Positions 13,631-25,649 of a stretch of 44,920 nt of DNA are shown in pieces. The translations under genes were made by a program, and so were the position numbers. Numbering within the stretch: position 1 is the first letter of the stretch; every line of letters starts with the position of its first letter. The notes below the pieces were generated by a model. It saw nothing but the letters and a program-made list of their open reading frames with translations, had not been told where the DNA came from and searched no databases. This stretch comes from Octopus bimaculoides (lineage: Eukaryota), in NCBI RefSeq assembly GCF_001194135.2, contig NC_068984.1:108969313-109014232 (forward strand). The letters run 5' to 3'.

Positions 13631-14103
13631 GTTTACAATTCCGTTAAGGTATATTTGTCTATTTTGTGTCTTTCACAATATATACGAGTGTTTCATTTGA
13701 CGCTTGTAAGTTTGCTTAATACACGGTAACATAGAGTTTGCTTCCCATTTCTCTCCGCCACCCTCTCTCTCTTTCTCTCTTCCCTCTCTCTTTGTGTCTC
13801 TCTTATCCTCTCACTAACCCTCTATTTCTTACCTCCACTCTCTCACTGTTTTACTCCCTCTCCTTCAGTTTACCGTCAGTCGGCCTTATCAACGAATGGC
13901 TATGTGTCTGCAAGGACTGTTGATCAATAGACGTTGTAAGAGGTTCTTCTATACAAGCTGATCAATTAGACAAAGAAAGTAAATAGTGCTTCGTGACCAA
14001 CACATCAATAATTGGTCATTTGATGTGTTAAAGATAAGATATCAATGTTGCTGTCGGACCGAGTCAATAGATCGACGACGAAAGGTTTAGCTTTGAATTC
14101 AAG

Positions 14104-14155
14104 TGTACACATACATACATACATACATACACACACACATACATGCATACATACA

Positions 14156-14187
<32 letters not shown>

Positions 14188-15080
14188 AATATATATATAT
14201 ACATACATATAAATATATACATACATACATACATACATATAAATATATATACTTATACATACATATAAATATATATATACATTCATACATACATACATAC
14301 ATATNNNNNNNNNNNNNNNNNNNNNNNNNNNNNNNNNNNNNNNNNNNNNNNNNNNNNNNNNNNNNNNNNNNNNNNNNNNNNNNNNNNNNNNNNNNNNNNN
14401 NNNNNNNNNNNNNNNNNNNNNNNNNNNNNNNNNNNNNNNNNNNNNNNNNNNNNNNNNNNNNNNNNNNNNNNNNNNNNNNNNNNNNNNNNNNNNNNNNNNN
14501 NNNNNNNNNNNNNNNNNNNNNNNNNNNNNNNNNNNNNNNNNNNNNNNNNNNNNNNNNNNNNNNNNNNNNNNNNNNNNNNNNNNNNNNNNNNNNNNNNNNN
14601 NNNNNNNNNNNNNNNNNNNNNNNNNNNNNNNNNNNNNNNNNNNNNNNNNNNNNNNNNNNNNNNNNNNNNNNNNNNNNNNNNNNNNNNNNNNNNNNNNNNN
14701 NNNNNNNNNNNNNNNNNNNNNNNNNNNNNNNNNNNNNNNNNNNNNNNNNNNNNNNNNNNNNNNNNNNNNNNNNNNNNNNNNNNNNNNNNNNNNNNNNNNN
14801 NNNNNNNNNNNNNNNNNNNNNNNNNNNNNNNNNNNNNNNNNNNNNNNNNNNNNNNNNNNNNNNNNNNNNNNNNNNNNNNNNNNNNNNNNNNNNNNNNNNN
14901 NNNNNNNNNNNNNNNNNNNNNNNNNNNNNNNNNNNNNNNNNNNNNNNNNNNNNNNNNNNNNNNNNNNNNNNNNNNNNNNNNNNNNNNNNNNNNNNNNNNN
15001 NNNNNNNNNNNNNNNNNNNNNNNNNNNNTATACATACATATAAATATATATATATACATATATACACACATATATTTATA
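14104..15080. repeat. (CATA)n/(TA)n compound microsatellite spanning a gap
   Basis: Directly visible. Confidence 0.95.
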
Positions 15081-16049
15081 CTAGGGTGTATAGGCATCTA
15101 GCGTATATATTGCACATTGAATACAGGCGTATACATATAGCTACAGATACACACACTTACGCATATATACTTGTGTGTGTGTTGGTTTTGAGTATATATG
15201 CATAGATTTGTATATATAGTTTACTCTCTGTTCGTCCCTGTATTTAATTAAGCGAACATGAATGATTTTGGATCGTGGAAATCTTACGATATACATTTCG
15301 ACGTTTTGTAACTCTTCTACAAATTTAATGATTGTCCAATAGAAATTGTCTTTTCTATTGGAAAGAAGTAGAACAAAATCTACACCGCTATGAAGTTACA
15401 TTAATTTATACACTGATCCATTAATTCATTGTCTTATGTATTTGAAGATCTCGTTAGCCTGTTCATTGTATGTGTGTGTGTGTGTGTGTGTGTGTACTCA
15501 ATATACAAGGTTATAAGAAGCGTCACGAAGGGGGTCGCACATTTGACGGGCAAACACATCGCATTCTTAGGGGTGGTTTGCCCCCTTTAGTCGCCACCTG
15601 ACACATATCGCTCCCCTCTAGCTTAAAGTAGCTGTTTGCATGTAACGGCGGTCACACTCCGTTAAACCGATTCGACTGGCGGGATAAACCAAGTAAGGTA
15701 ACCAATAATTATGTAACTCTTAGTAAATTATAGCTTGCCTACCTATGGATGTTGAAGACTGGATCCGGCGAACTCTGCAGGAGAAACCTTCATGGTTCAA
15801 CGGAAAGTAAAGCAGTTGCAGCAATGCATTGTGGCACGCAGAGAGCAAGATAAAACAAGAGAGAGATCTTATTCCTTCACTGCGTCCGTCTCTATCCCCA
15901 GACGATTTGACCTGGTCTTGTGCCTGGATTGAAGACGTCACGGTCTAAAGAGCGAGGTTGACGGTGCACAAGTCTTTATCTTAAAGAACGTCACTACGCA
16001 AGTCATCAGTCATTTTTCACTCAGGATGACTTGATAGTCCCCGTTGTTT

Positions 16050-17135
16050 TGACAGCCGAACATGCATTCAAGAAACACCTACTGATGTGATACTTGGGTA
16101 TATCTTCAGTCTTGTATCGTAGAGTCATTGGGTGTTTCGAGATTCACAACATGCACCCTCATCCAAATGATCCAAGCTAGAATGATCAAGATTAGGCCAG
16201 TGTTCAAACGGCATTCTACTGATTCCCACCGGTCACTTCCTATTAGCTAGAGCCATTTAGCCGCTTTCTCAGTAGTTTTTACGATGTTCTTAATGGTTCT
16301 TCTTCTGCAAGTACAGGTAATGCCCAGAGTTTCATAGGCCTTTCTCAGAATATGACCTGCGGAACCTTGGTTGCCAAACTCCACTGGTAAACACATTCTT
16401 TCAGTAGTCTTCTCCACTCATTCTTGCAGTAGTCCTCTAACAACTCCATGTAATTCTTTCCTTGAGCCTTCTCGATTCTCTCCTTCCAGGGCACAGTTAA
16501 CTTCAGTAGGACTACCTTCTTTGATGCCCTGATAATCAAAATGATATCTGGTCTCAGTAAGGTCTGGGTGATGCCGATGGAAACTTCTGATCTTTCTCGA
16601 GATCAACTTTCATCACCCAGTCCCGTGTTGTGAAAAGCAATCGCGGGAACTGACCTTGAGTCTTTTCGTTGACTGTTCTTTCTCCTTGACTAAGGTTATG
16701 CACCTGGCTGTAGCGCTAGCAATTTTGCTGTCGCTGATCCCTTTCCTGGTTGTCCTAGCGATTGTCTTGAGAACCTGTTCATCTCTTCAGCAATTGCATC
16801 TTTCACTCAATGACTTGGATCAGCTGCTTAAAATGTGCCCGAGGATACCCGTTTTATAACACAAGGGGCTTGCAGGGGTCTCCACTAACCCCATGTAAAT
16901 AGATCAGATGGGATAGAGAGGACATCATAGACACTCTGGATCAAGAACTTAATCCTCTGTGGATCACACTTCCAGATGCCTTCCAAGTGACATTCCACTC
17001 CACTGCATTCTCTCATTTCATCAAAGCATATCTCGTTTCCGCATCATCGCTGCTCTGCTTATCCGCTCCTACCTTACTGATGCTTGCAACTTCTTTCTGC
17101 ACCAAGAACCTCTCTTTAGCCTCTTAATAATAAGA
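16050..17135 (-). mobile_element. HERO-like (R2 group) non-LTR retrotransposon, 3' part with zinc knuckle, REL endonuclease and 3' UTR; pseudogenised
   Basis: Minus-strand translation: IWKCDPQRIKFLIQSVYDVL...PLCYKTGILGHILSS (knuckle region), DEQVLKTI, LRPDIIL (16543-16557), SKKVVLLKLTVPWKERIEK, TIKNIVKTTEKAAKWL*L. These match the RPD / ELTVPWE / KASRWLW motifs of HERO elements. Confidence 0.88.
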
Positions 17136-17666
17136 CTTTGTTATATATAAAAACAACGTGTGAAAAACTGTTCCTTGTCCTGACTCAGAAGCGTACCAAA
17201 CGAAAATAATGTATATCAGTTTCACAGAGACTAGAGACGAGTTGGATACTGTAAACACGCGTTACACATTCACAACTTGATAGACAAATGATAGATATTT
17301 TAGGTGTTTCGTCAATATTAAGACGTAATTCTGAATTATTTGATACACAACCAACAGTTTTGAACTTATGAGAGCCAATGTGCAGGCGGACCAACATCTC
17401 ATACATTCGTCCAACTCACCTGTTATATAGGTAATAATTTTAGGTAATTGGAAATATGGAACTTATATACTAAATTTCGAGCTGGAAAGTAAAAACGATC
17501 ATCAAAGATTAATTAATCCATTATCGAAGATTATTCAAATCAATAGCTTTTATAAAATATGTAAATGACCGAAGTGATTAATGCTTATATTTGTTAGTAG
17601 CATTAAGAAATAGTAATTATCTTTATTTTATCATTTTAGAAATTCGTCTTAAAACAGTAGTAATCA

Positions 17667-17688
17667 TACATACGTATATACATACATG

Positions 17689-17764
<76 letters not shown>

Positions 17765-17780
17765 CATATATATATATGTA
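17667..17780. repeat. (CA)n microsatellite
   Basis: Directly visible. Confidence 0.95.
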
Positions 17781-18664
17781 CTTCAATGTACCTCAATATA
17801 CATCACATTAAGTTCAAGCAGCAGACCTATGGCCCCTGGTAATTTCCCTTAGCCAAATATCTGATTAAAAATTCACGAGTGAATTTTGGTGTTGCACGAC
17901 AAAGTATAATGATTTTCTTAAACATATTTGAAACCCACTTTCTATGCAACCAGTTGAATCCAACACACACACACACACACACACATACACACACACACAC
18001 ACACAAACACACACAAGGCAATTTTCTTGTATATTTGTACGTGCGTGCGTTGCGTGTTTGCGTCATGATACGTTTATACATATTCTTATATTAGTACATA
18101 TACGAGCGTGTCTAGGTACAGGAGTTGTATGAATAAATATGTAGATTTATAACTCAAACATTTCCCACAAATCATAACTATTTAACTGTGTATTTAACAC
18201 AACATTCATTTATTCAATCCAATATACTGAATTTTCTTCAAGCAATTAAGAAGATATCGGGTTTATACACTCCAAATGTGTACCGGTTTTACGAAACTAT
18301 TGCAGAATTAGTCTTTTTCTATTCAACATTTCAACGAAGACTCATGTTTATTTGTTTTTATTCTTAAATAACGAAGGGCAAAGAAAGAACTCTTTTCAAA
18401 AGGTCACCCGGTTTCAATTGACTCATATCATCACGTTAGCTATAATCGTCTTTCTGTTAACAAATGTCTTATGATATTAGCTCTCATCGTCTGCATACAG
18501 GTATCATAAATTGCTGTCAGCCATCTTCGTGTCGGCTGTCAGCAATTATCACTTGCTCTCCTTCAGTTGTCACCTTTCATTAGTCAACAACGTCTGTCTT
18601 TCCTTATCTTCATCTGAAGTTATCGTCAAACGCTAAACCATTAACGGCTGGTCTTTTGTACATA

Positions 18665-18986
18665 TTATATGCACATACGTATATGTATGTGTGTGTGTAT
18701 GTATGCATGGATGTACATGTGTACACATACATACATACACGCACACACACACATATATATATGTACGTATATGTATATATATATAGGTATGTATACGTAT
18801 GTATGGGTGTATATATATATATATATATACATACTCACACACCAAACACACATACACATATATATATGTATGTATGTATATATATATATATACACACACA
18901 CACACATACATAGTTACACATACATATATATGCACATATTCATATGTATTACATATATATATGTATATATTATCGGGTTTGTATAT

Positions 18987-19021
<35 letters not shown>

Positions 19022-19680
19022 NNNNNNNNNNNNNNNNNNNNNNNNNNNNNNNNNNNNNNNNNNNNNNNNNNNNNNNNNNNNNNNNNNNNNNNNNNNNNNN
19101 NNNNNNNNNNNNNNNNNNNNNNNNNNNNNNNNNNNNNNNNNNNNNNNNNNNNNNNNNNNNNNNNNNNNNNNNNNNNNNNNNNNNNNNNNNNNNNNNNNNN
19201 NNNNNNNNNNNNNNNNNNNNNNNNNNNNNNNNNNNNNNNNNNNNNNNNNNNNNNNNNNNNNNNNNNNNNNNNNNNNNNNNNNNNNNNNNNNNNNNNNNNN
19301 NNNNNNNNNNNNNNNNNNNNNNNNNNNNNNNNNNNNNNNNNNNNNNNNNNNNNNNNNNNNNNNNNNNNNNNNNNNNNNNNNNNNNNNNNNNNNNNNNNNN
19401 NNNNNNNNNNNNNNNNNNNNNNNNNNNNNNNNNNNNNNNNNNNNNNNNNNNNNNNNNNNNNNNNNNNNNNNNNNNNNNNNNNNNNNNNNNNNNNNNNNNN
19501 NNNNNNNNNNNNNNNNNNNNNNNNNNNNNNNNNNNNNNNNNNNNNNNNNNNNNNNNNNNNNNNNNNNNNNNNNNNNNNNNNNNNNGTGTGTGTGTGTGTG
19601 TGTGTGTATGTGTGTGTGTGTGTGTGTGCGCGTGTGTATGTGTGTGTGTGTGTGAATTTGTGTATGAGAGTATGTGTGCA
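18665..19680. repeat. (TA)n/(TG)n compound microsatellite spanning a gap
   Basis: Directly visible. Confidence 0.95.
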
Positions 19681-20394
19681 TGTGAACGTGTGATTCAGAA
19701 TAAATTCTTTGGCTTCCGTATGATTCATTAAACCAAGGATCTTCATCTAGAAATTTCCATTCTTCTGGACGTTGGACGGAGCAAGGATTTTTGTTAAGGA
19801 GATCCAGTAGTTGGCCAGGCATGCCAGTCTCCTCTTCCCACGTAACCAATTTTGTCCAAAATAAAGAAAACGGCAGCTAAGTACCAAAAATAAAAGAAAC
19901 GGGAGCTAAGAGTATATAAAGAATTACAAAATATACTTGAAGGAATCTCGTCCTACTTTCTCACCATTCCATAATTCACCAATACTTTGATTAACAATCC
20001 CTAAAAGGACAAAAGGTTGCGTTATGCCGCGGGTTTCAAACGTAAGGTGTTGGATAATACTCTCATCTCAAGGTTTTGCAAATAACACCCTAACAACTTC
20101 ACCAGTTGACTGCGATGTCTTCTAAAACAAGGAAAGAAATATATACTCTTCACGCGGTTAATAAACATGTTAGAAATATAAGCTAAATTTCACTCATAGC
20201 ATAATAAGGCATCAATGAAACAGAAGATACTGTAATTCAAATCTGAATCAATAGATATTAGGTCTCGGCTCGATCAGAACTGTGACAGGTTAAGTACATC
20301 AGGACTCTCAAGCGTCACTTGGAAATGAGAACGGTTTCATAATATGTTGGTTTTGGTATATGTATACACACACGCACGCAAACACACACACATT

Positions 20395-20440
<46 letters not shown>

Positions 20441-20755
20441 TGTATGTATGCATGTATGTATGTGTGTATATTAACGAGCGTAGGAGTGAGTGCGATTCAC
20501 CCTCGGTGATATAGGCGTGGAGCGAGTCAAACTGTCTGCGATGTGCTCTAGTCTCGAGGCGACCGTGATGACACACTCTTCATGAGGTTATCTTCCAACT
20601 ACATATTACACGAACTACGGTCGAGAGCGGGTGGGGTCAATGTCCCTTGTGTGAGTATGTACGAGCGAGAGTGTGTGTGCGTATGTGCGTATACGCATCC
20701 TAATCTAAGCTAGCTAGCTAGCGAAACAACCTTTCGCCCCCTAGACATTGCAACC

Positions 20756-20791
<36 letters not shown>

Positions 20792-21764
20792 CCTTCCTTA
20801 AACCCAATGTAACTCAATCCAGCCCTGTCCATCCATTACCAGCCCTACAATTTTTTTTTATCTACAATTATTTGTCTATATTTACAAGTGTTTGTAGCTC
20901 TTGAAGAAAGATAAAAGTAATTGAAAATTGTAGCAATGTTTCATACCCTAACCAGACGGACATATAACAACTTGACAGTCGAAACTCAGGATATTTAGCA
21001 AGACACAACTTTATATATGGATGTAGCTGACGAAACCCAGACTGCAAAATTGATGCCAACACATGTTGAACAGGGTCCCAGTCATAAGAGACAGTAGCAA
21101 GATGGGTCGAAACGACCGTTGTACAAAATAAAGATTACTACCAAATCCACCTTCTGGTTACTTGAGAAATTATTGTTATTATCTCAACTAACCCTGCGGA
21201 GTTCCTGAAGTAGATCCAACGGAAATATGCGAATGACACCAGTTAGCCCAAACTGTGCTAGTGCTCTACTCAACACTTCAACACACTAATCGACATATAC
21301 CCATTAGTCCAAAATATATATTTACATGTATATATNNNNNNNNNNNNNNNNNNNNNNNNNNNNNNNNNNNNNNNNNNNNNNNNNNNNNNNNNNNNNNNNN
21401 NNNNNNNNNNNNNNNNNNNNNNNNNNNNNNNNNNNNNNNNNNNNNNNNNNNNNNNNNNTATATTCTTGATAATTTAGTAACTTCTATCTATGCTGTAGTA
21501 GAGGCAACATGTTCTTTGTCTATCTCCTTAACTTCTTGGAGATTTGAGGTACAATTATATTAATATGTCCATCTGTTCTAATTTAATTAAATTCTATGTC
21601 TTTGCGCAGTGGAGGATTGCTCTGTATTTTAAATTGATGTGATAATTGCATTGCTCAATTAAATGGAGTTGCATGAAACGATCGTACTGCATTACATCAG
21701 GATATCCTTGTTGCTTATTTTGATTTTATATATATTTATATATATTATTTTTTTTATTCTTTTA

Positions 21765-22020
21765 TTCTTTTACTTCTTTCAGTCATTTGACTGCGGCCAT
21801 GCTGGAGCAACGCCTTTAGTCGAACAAATCGACCCCAGGACTTATTCTTTGTAAGCCTAGTACTTATTCTATCGGCCACTTTTGTCGAACCGCTAATTTA
21901 CGGGATGTAAACACACCACCATCGGTTGTCAAGCGATGTTGGGGGACAAACACACACACACACACAAACACACACACATACANNNNNNNNNNACAAACAC
22001 ACACACACACACAAACACAC
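21765..22020 (-). mobile_element. SINE family 2, 3' half (tail A plus internal microsatellite)
   Basis: tttcagtcatttgactgcggccatgctggagc...cgaacaaatcgaccccaggacttattctttgtaagcctagtacttattctatcgg...ggttgtcaagcgatg is the reverse complement of the tails at 7400-7590 and 29050-29240. Confidence 0.88.
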
Positions 22021-22029
22021 ACACATACA

Positions 22030-22060
<31 letters not shown>

Positions 22061-22089
22061 GTGCATATATACTTAGAAAATAAGAATCT

Positions 22090-22646
22090 ACAGTATGGTG
22101 GAAGCCATAGTCACTCATAATAAAAAGGGGTACTGGTGGAATCTCCCAGTGAAAACCTCAATAAAATTCAAACATAATAGACCTGACATAGTGACTTGTG
22201 ATTGAGAAGAGAAACTGTGTACAGCTGTGGAAGTCAGCGGATGTTGACACAAAGTTGAAGATCAGTGAAACATAGAATACCTACGCTGAACTATTGAGAA
22301 ATCTACATTTAATCTATCCAGATTACAAGTTCAGGTTTATACCTGTAATTATTTGTGGACTGGGATATGTAACAAAAAGCTGATTCGAAGACAACAGTTT
22401 ATCATTTAAGGACATATGAGCATGTCTAGACATGGAATGAAAAACGTGAGAATATATACATAAAACAAAACATACAAATCTATACATATACATGCATACA
22501 TACATACATACATACATACATACATACATACATACAAAAATACACTGCTGATGTTGTTGAAATTCCAATGAAGGAGCCTGGGATCTAGGTTAGAAACCGG
22601 CTCTTTCTCTATTGGCAAGAAATCTTGAAATAATATTGAACAATGG
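22090..22646 (+). mobile_element. 5'-truncated R4/Dong-like LINE: REL endonuclease plus 3' UTR
   Basis: EAIVTHNKKGYWWNLPVKTSIKFKHNRPDIV (RPD at 22179-22190)..LCTAVEVS..YAELLRNLHLIYPDYKFRFIPVII.GLGYVT, with frameshifts. Same family as 32300-33012. Confidence 0.88.
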
Positions 22647-22899
22647 CATACATACATAGATATGCGTTTGTGTGTATGTATAAAGGCATATATGTACATA
22701 TTTGCATACAACATTAAACATCTGTGTGTGATATATAAAATTATATGTGTTTAGTGTAGTGTGTCTGTGTGTAATTTGCTGCGTATTGTGAGAGCACGAT
22801 CAGAAGGATATGCACATACACTACTTCACACTTACACACGCATACGTATACAGACATTCACATGACACGCAGTATATCTATCTATCTATCTTTATACGC

Positions 22900-22914
22900 A
22901 CACATATATATATG

Positions 22915-22947
<33 letters not shown>

Positions 22948-23002
22948 TTATATGTACACAACTTTGTGTCTTCCACGCATATACATACATATATACTTAT
23001 AT

Positions 23003-23054
<52 letters not shown>

Positions 23055-23061
23055 AAATATT

Positions 23062-23115
<54 letters not shown>

Positions 23116-23280
23116 CACGTACTTTATAGTTACATACGTAATTATATGTATATTTGGATGTATATATACACGTATAGCTTTATTTGCATATGAAATAGTA
23201 TTTGATACATATATATTTATGCGTATGTATGTACACACACACACACACACACACACATATAAACACCCACATATATACAT
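22900..23280. repeat. (TA)n-rich compound microsatellite
   Basis: Directly visible. Confidence 0.93.
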
Positions 23281-23605
23281 AATCTGATTTATTTCAATCT
23301 ATTGTACCAGACTAATTTTGTTGTGGAGGTGTGTGTGAGTGAGTGGTTAGTGAAATGAATGGAGCCCCCACCCCACCCCAGCCAATATGCTATACTGGTT
23401 ATAACAATGTATTATACTTAGCGACAACATTATGAAATAGCAACAATGATTTGATTGGATAATATTACGTCAGAGCAGAAATGGGTGGTAGAGATATCTA
23501 AAGCCATTGGACGTTCATCTCAGGTTCAAATCTCACAGGTATCATCTGGTGTCTCTCGCCCTCTTTCTTACTGAAATAATGCACCAGTGATAAATTATAG
23601 TTTAA

Positions 23606-23867
23606 CCCTGTCGTCCTTAACTTGGGTTCATGTGATCCTTGAGGGTCCACATAAGATTTTGTTGTTAAAATTTATCTGCAATAAGTTGGTTATACTTCTA
23701 CAAAACAAAACCTTCTAACATTTTTTTATACAATTCTCAATAATATTTAATTAAAAAAATATGCGATGATTTCTTAAAACATCAAACGGTTAGAAGGGGG
23801 CATCTGAATAAAATAGGAATGAAAGGGGTCCATAGACAAAAAAAAAAAAAATGGTTGATAAGCACAG
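23606..23867. mobile_element. Decayed hAT-like MITE
   Basis: The right end ggggtccatagacaaaaaaaatggttgataagcacag and left end cctgtcgtccttaacttgggttcatgtgatcc resemble CAGTGGTTCTCAACC-type hAT termini with GGGGTCC subterminal motifs. No clean 8-bp TSD seen. Confidence 0.4.
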
Positions 23868-23873
23868 GTTTAA

Positions 23874-24106
23874 CCCTTTGCCTCTCTGAAGCCTTTCTAC
23901 CTGTTTGTCCTAAATGTCCATGCTTGTTTTCAGGCTTTTAGTTATCTCTTATTTCATGTGTCTTTAGTAATATAAAGCTTTCCTTTCATAAGCCTCAGTT
24001 TAATCTGGTGGTTGCAGGAAAAGTTGAGAATGTTTATTATATATGATGTATACACACCAGAGCATGTGTATGGCATGTGCATGGCATGTGCATGGCAGAC
24101 AAAGAG
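23874..24106. mobile_element. piggyBac-like MITE
   Basis: TTAA|CCCTTTG at the left (TTAA 23870-23873) and CAAAGAG|TTAA at the right (TTAA 24107-24110). Subterminal tandem (GGCATGTGCAT)-type repeats at about 24062-24096. Confidence 0.6.
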
Positions 24107-24164
24107 TTAAACAACACTAATAAAATAGGTGTCAACCCTGCATTTCGGAAAAATAGCATGGACG

Positions 24165-24280
24165 TAAATTTGCTTTTACTGATTAAGTCAAACTCCGTCG
24201 AAGATTACAAAGTTTATCTCGGTGGGATTTGAAATGGGAACACGTATAACTGGGACAAAAACCGCAAAAACTTATGTTTT
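24165..24280 (-). mobile_element. Degenerate SINE family 1 head fragment
   Basis: caaagtttatctcggtgggatttgaaatgggaacacgta...gacaaaaaccgcaaaaactt resembles caaagtcgacctcggcggaatttgaactcagaacgta...gacgaaataccgctaagcatt. Confidence 0.45.
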
Positions 24281-24289
24281 TAGATCTTC

Positions 24290-25300
24290 CTGTTATCCGA
24301 TAATAATGGAGTTCGTACAACCCATAAGGCATAAGGGCCTTTCTGTGAGAGACTTCTATGACAGTATTGAGCTTTGGTTAGGGCCTATTACTCCCCAGTT
24401 TTCTCCGGGCTCATGCTTCCCATCGCCGCAAGACGATGCCGTGGAACAATTTGTCGGAGCTTCTAAACGGTCATCGTTTGGAGGAAGTACCTAAATCCTC
24501 CATTTAATGCCCTGGTGCCAATAGCGTTGCTGATAAAGCAATTAATTCCATTGATCTATGCGTCTGCTCGCGCTCTCCTCGGAGCCGCGACTGGTGTTGT
24601 TGTAGCAGCCATAGACTTCACCCCAGCTTTTTGTATGTTAAGAACCAGTGTTATTACGACTGTACTGTCAGCATCTGCCTTGGATCCTTTCACTTTTCTC
24701 TTTCACAGTATAAGCCCTTCTGATGACTCGCATACTCAGCACTTGGACACGTCTTCGCCTTGTTCAATGAAATATAATCCTAAACTGCGGGATCTTCAGG
24801 GTCCAATCAAATTCCACTCGTCCAAGTGCTGTTGTGGGCAAGCTCCATATTCACTATTGCCCCGGCCCATGCTGCACTGCAAAAGTATCTAGAAGTCAAG
24901 TGTCCATGCTGGCAGCAATGTGTGTCTGTGGACCTTGTATTTACCCCGTTTATGCACAGCGGTAACATCCTCTGCTCAGGAGAACAAGTTAAACTCTCGT
25001 ATATTGTAGATTTTATCTTGCTCTTGCGCTTCATCCTCAGTTTATATATCTGCAACACTATCAAAATATGAATTGCTATTGTGGGTCGTGGTTTCATTAT
25101 TAGTTGCAATTCTTCCATTGATTTTGTCATTTAAATTATCGTTTCCGCCACATTTTTCTGCTTTTTAAATTGCGATTGCCTGTCTTTGAAATTATGTCTG
25201 GCTGTTGTTCAATTCTCAGGTTCAGTTTTAAGGTTTAAAGTCTGACTTTGTTTTTACAAGGTCTAACTTCGTTTTCGCAAAACTGTAGTTAGCACCTCTA
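24290..25300 (-). mobile_element. Probable Gypsy-like LTR retrotransposon gag-protease-RT relic
   Basis: Fragmentary minus frames appear in the expected order: KCGG (gag-like), LCINGVNTRSTDT (aspartic protease-like INGx..DT), SLGL, TPVAAPRR (the PVxxPRR motif before RT), GVIGP. Very decayed; needs a profile search. Confidence 0.4.
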
Positions 25301-25649
25301 CTAGCTACCAAGGAATTTAAACCACAAACAAATAGATGTCTACTGTGCAAATATAAATTTAATGTTTAGATGTAACTTTTTATTACATCTGGGAATGGCT
25401 TCAATGTTTGACTATTCCGAAAGACAACTAGTGAATAAGAAAGCCAAGGAAAAATTCACCACAGCGGAAACTCTGTTGAAGGTGCGCATTTGCCTGAAAA
25501 AAAAATTGTAAGAGTTGCAATCTACAACTGCTTTTATTACTGAACCAGAAACTACGCTAATGTATCAACGTGGCTATGTTTTAGCGTCAATATATCGTGG
25601 TAATGGTGATGGAATAGGATAACACCCTGGTTTGTTATTATCTAACAAT

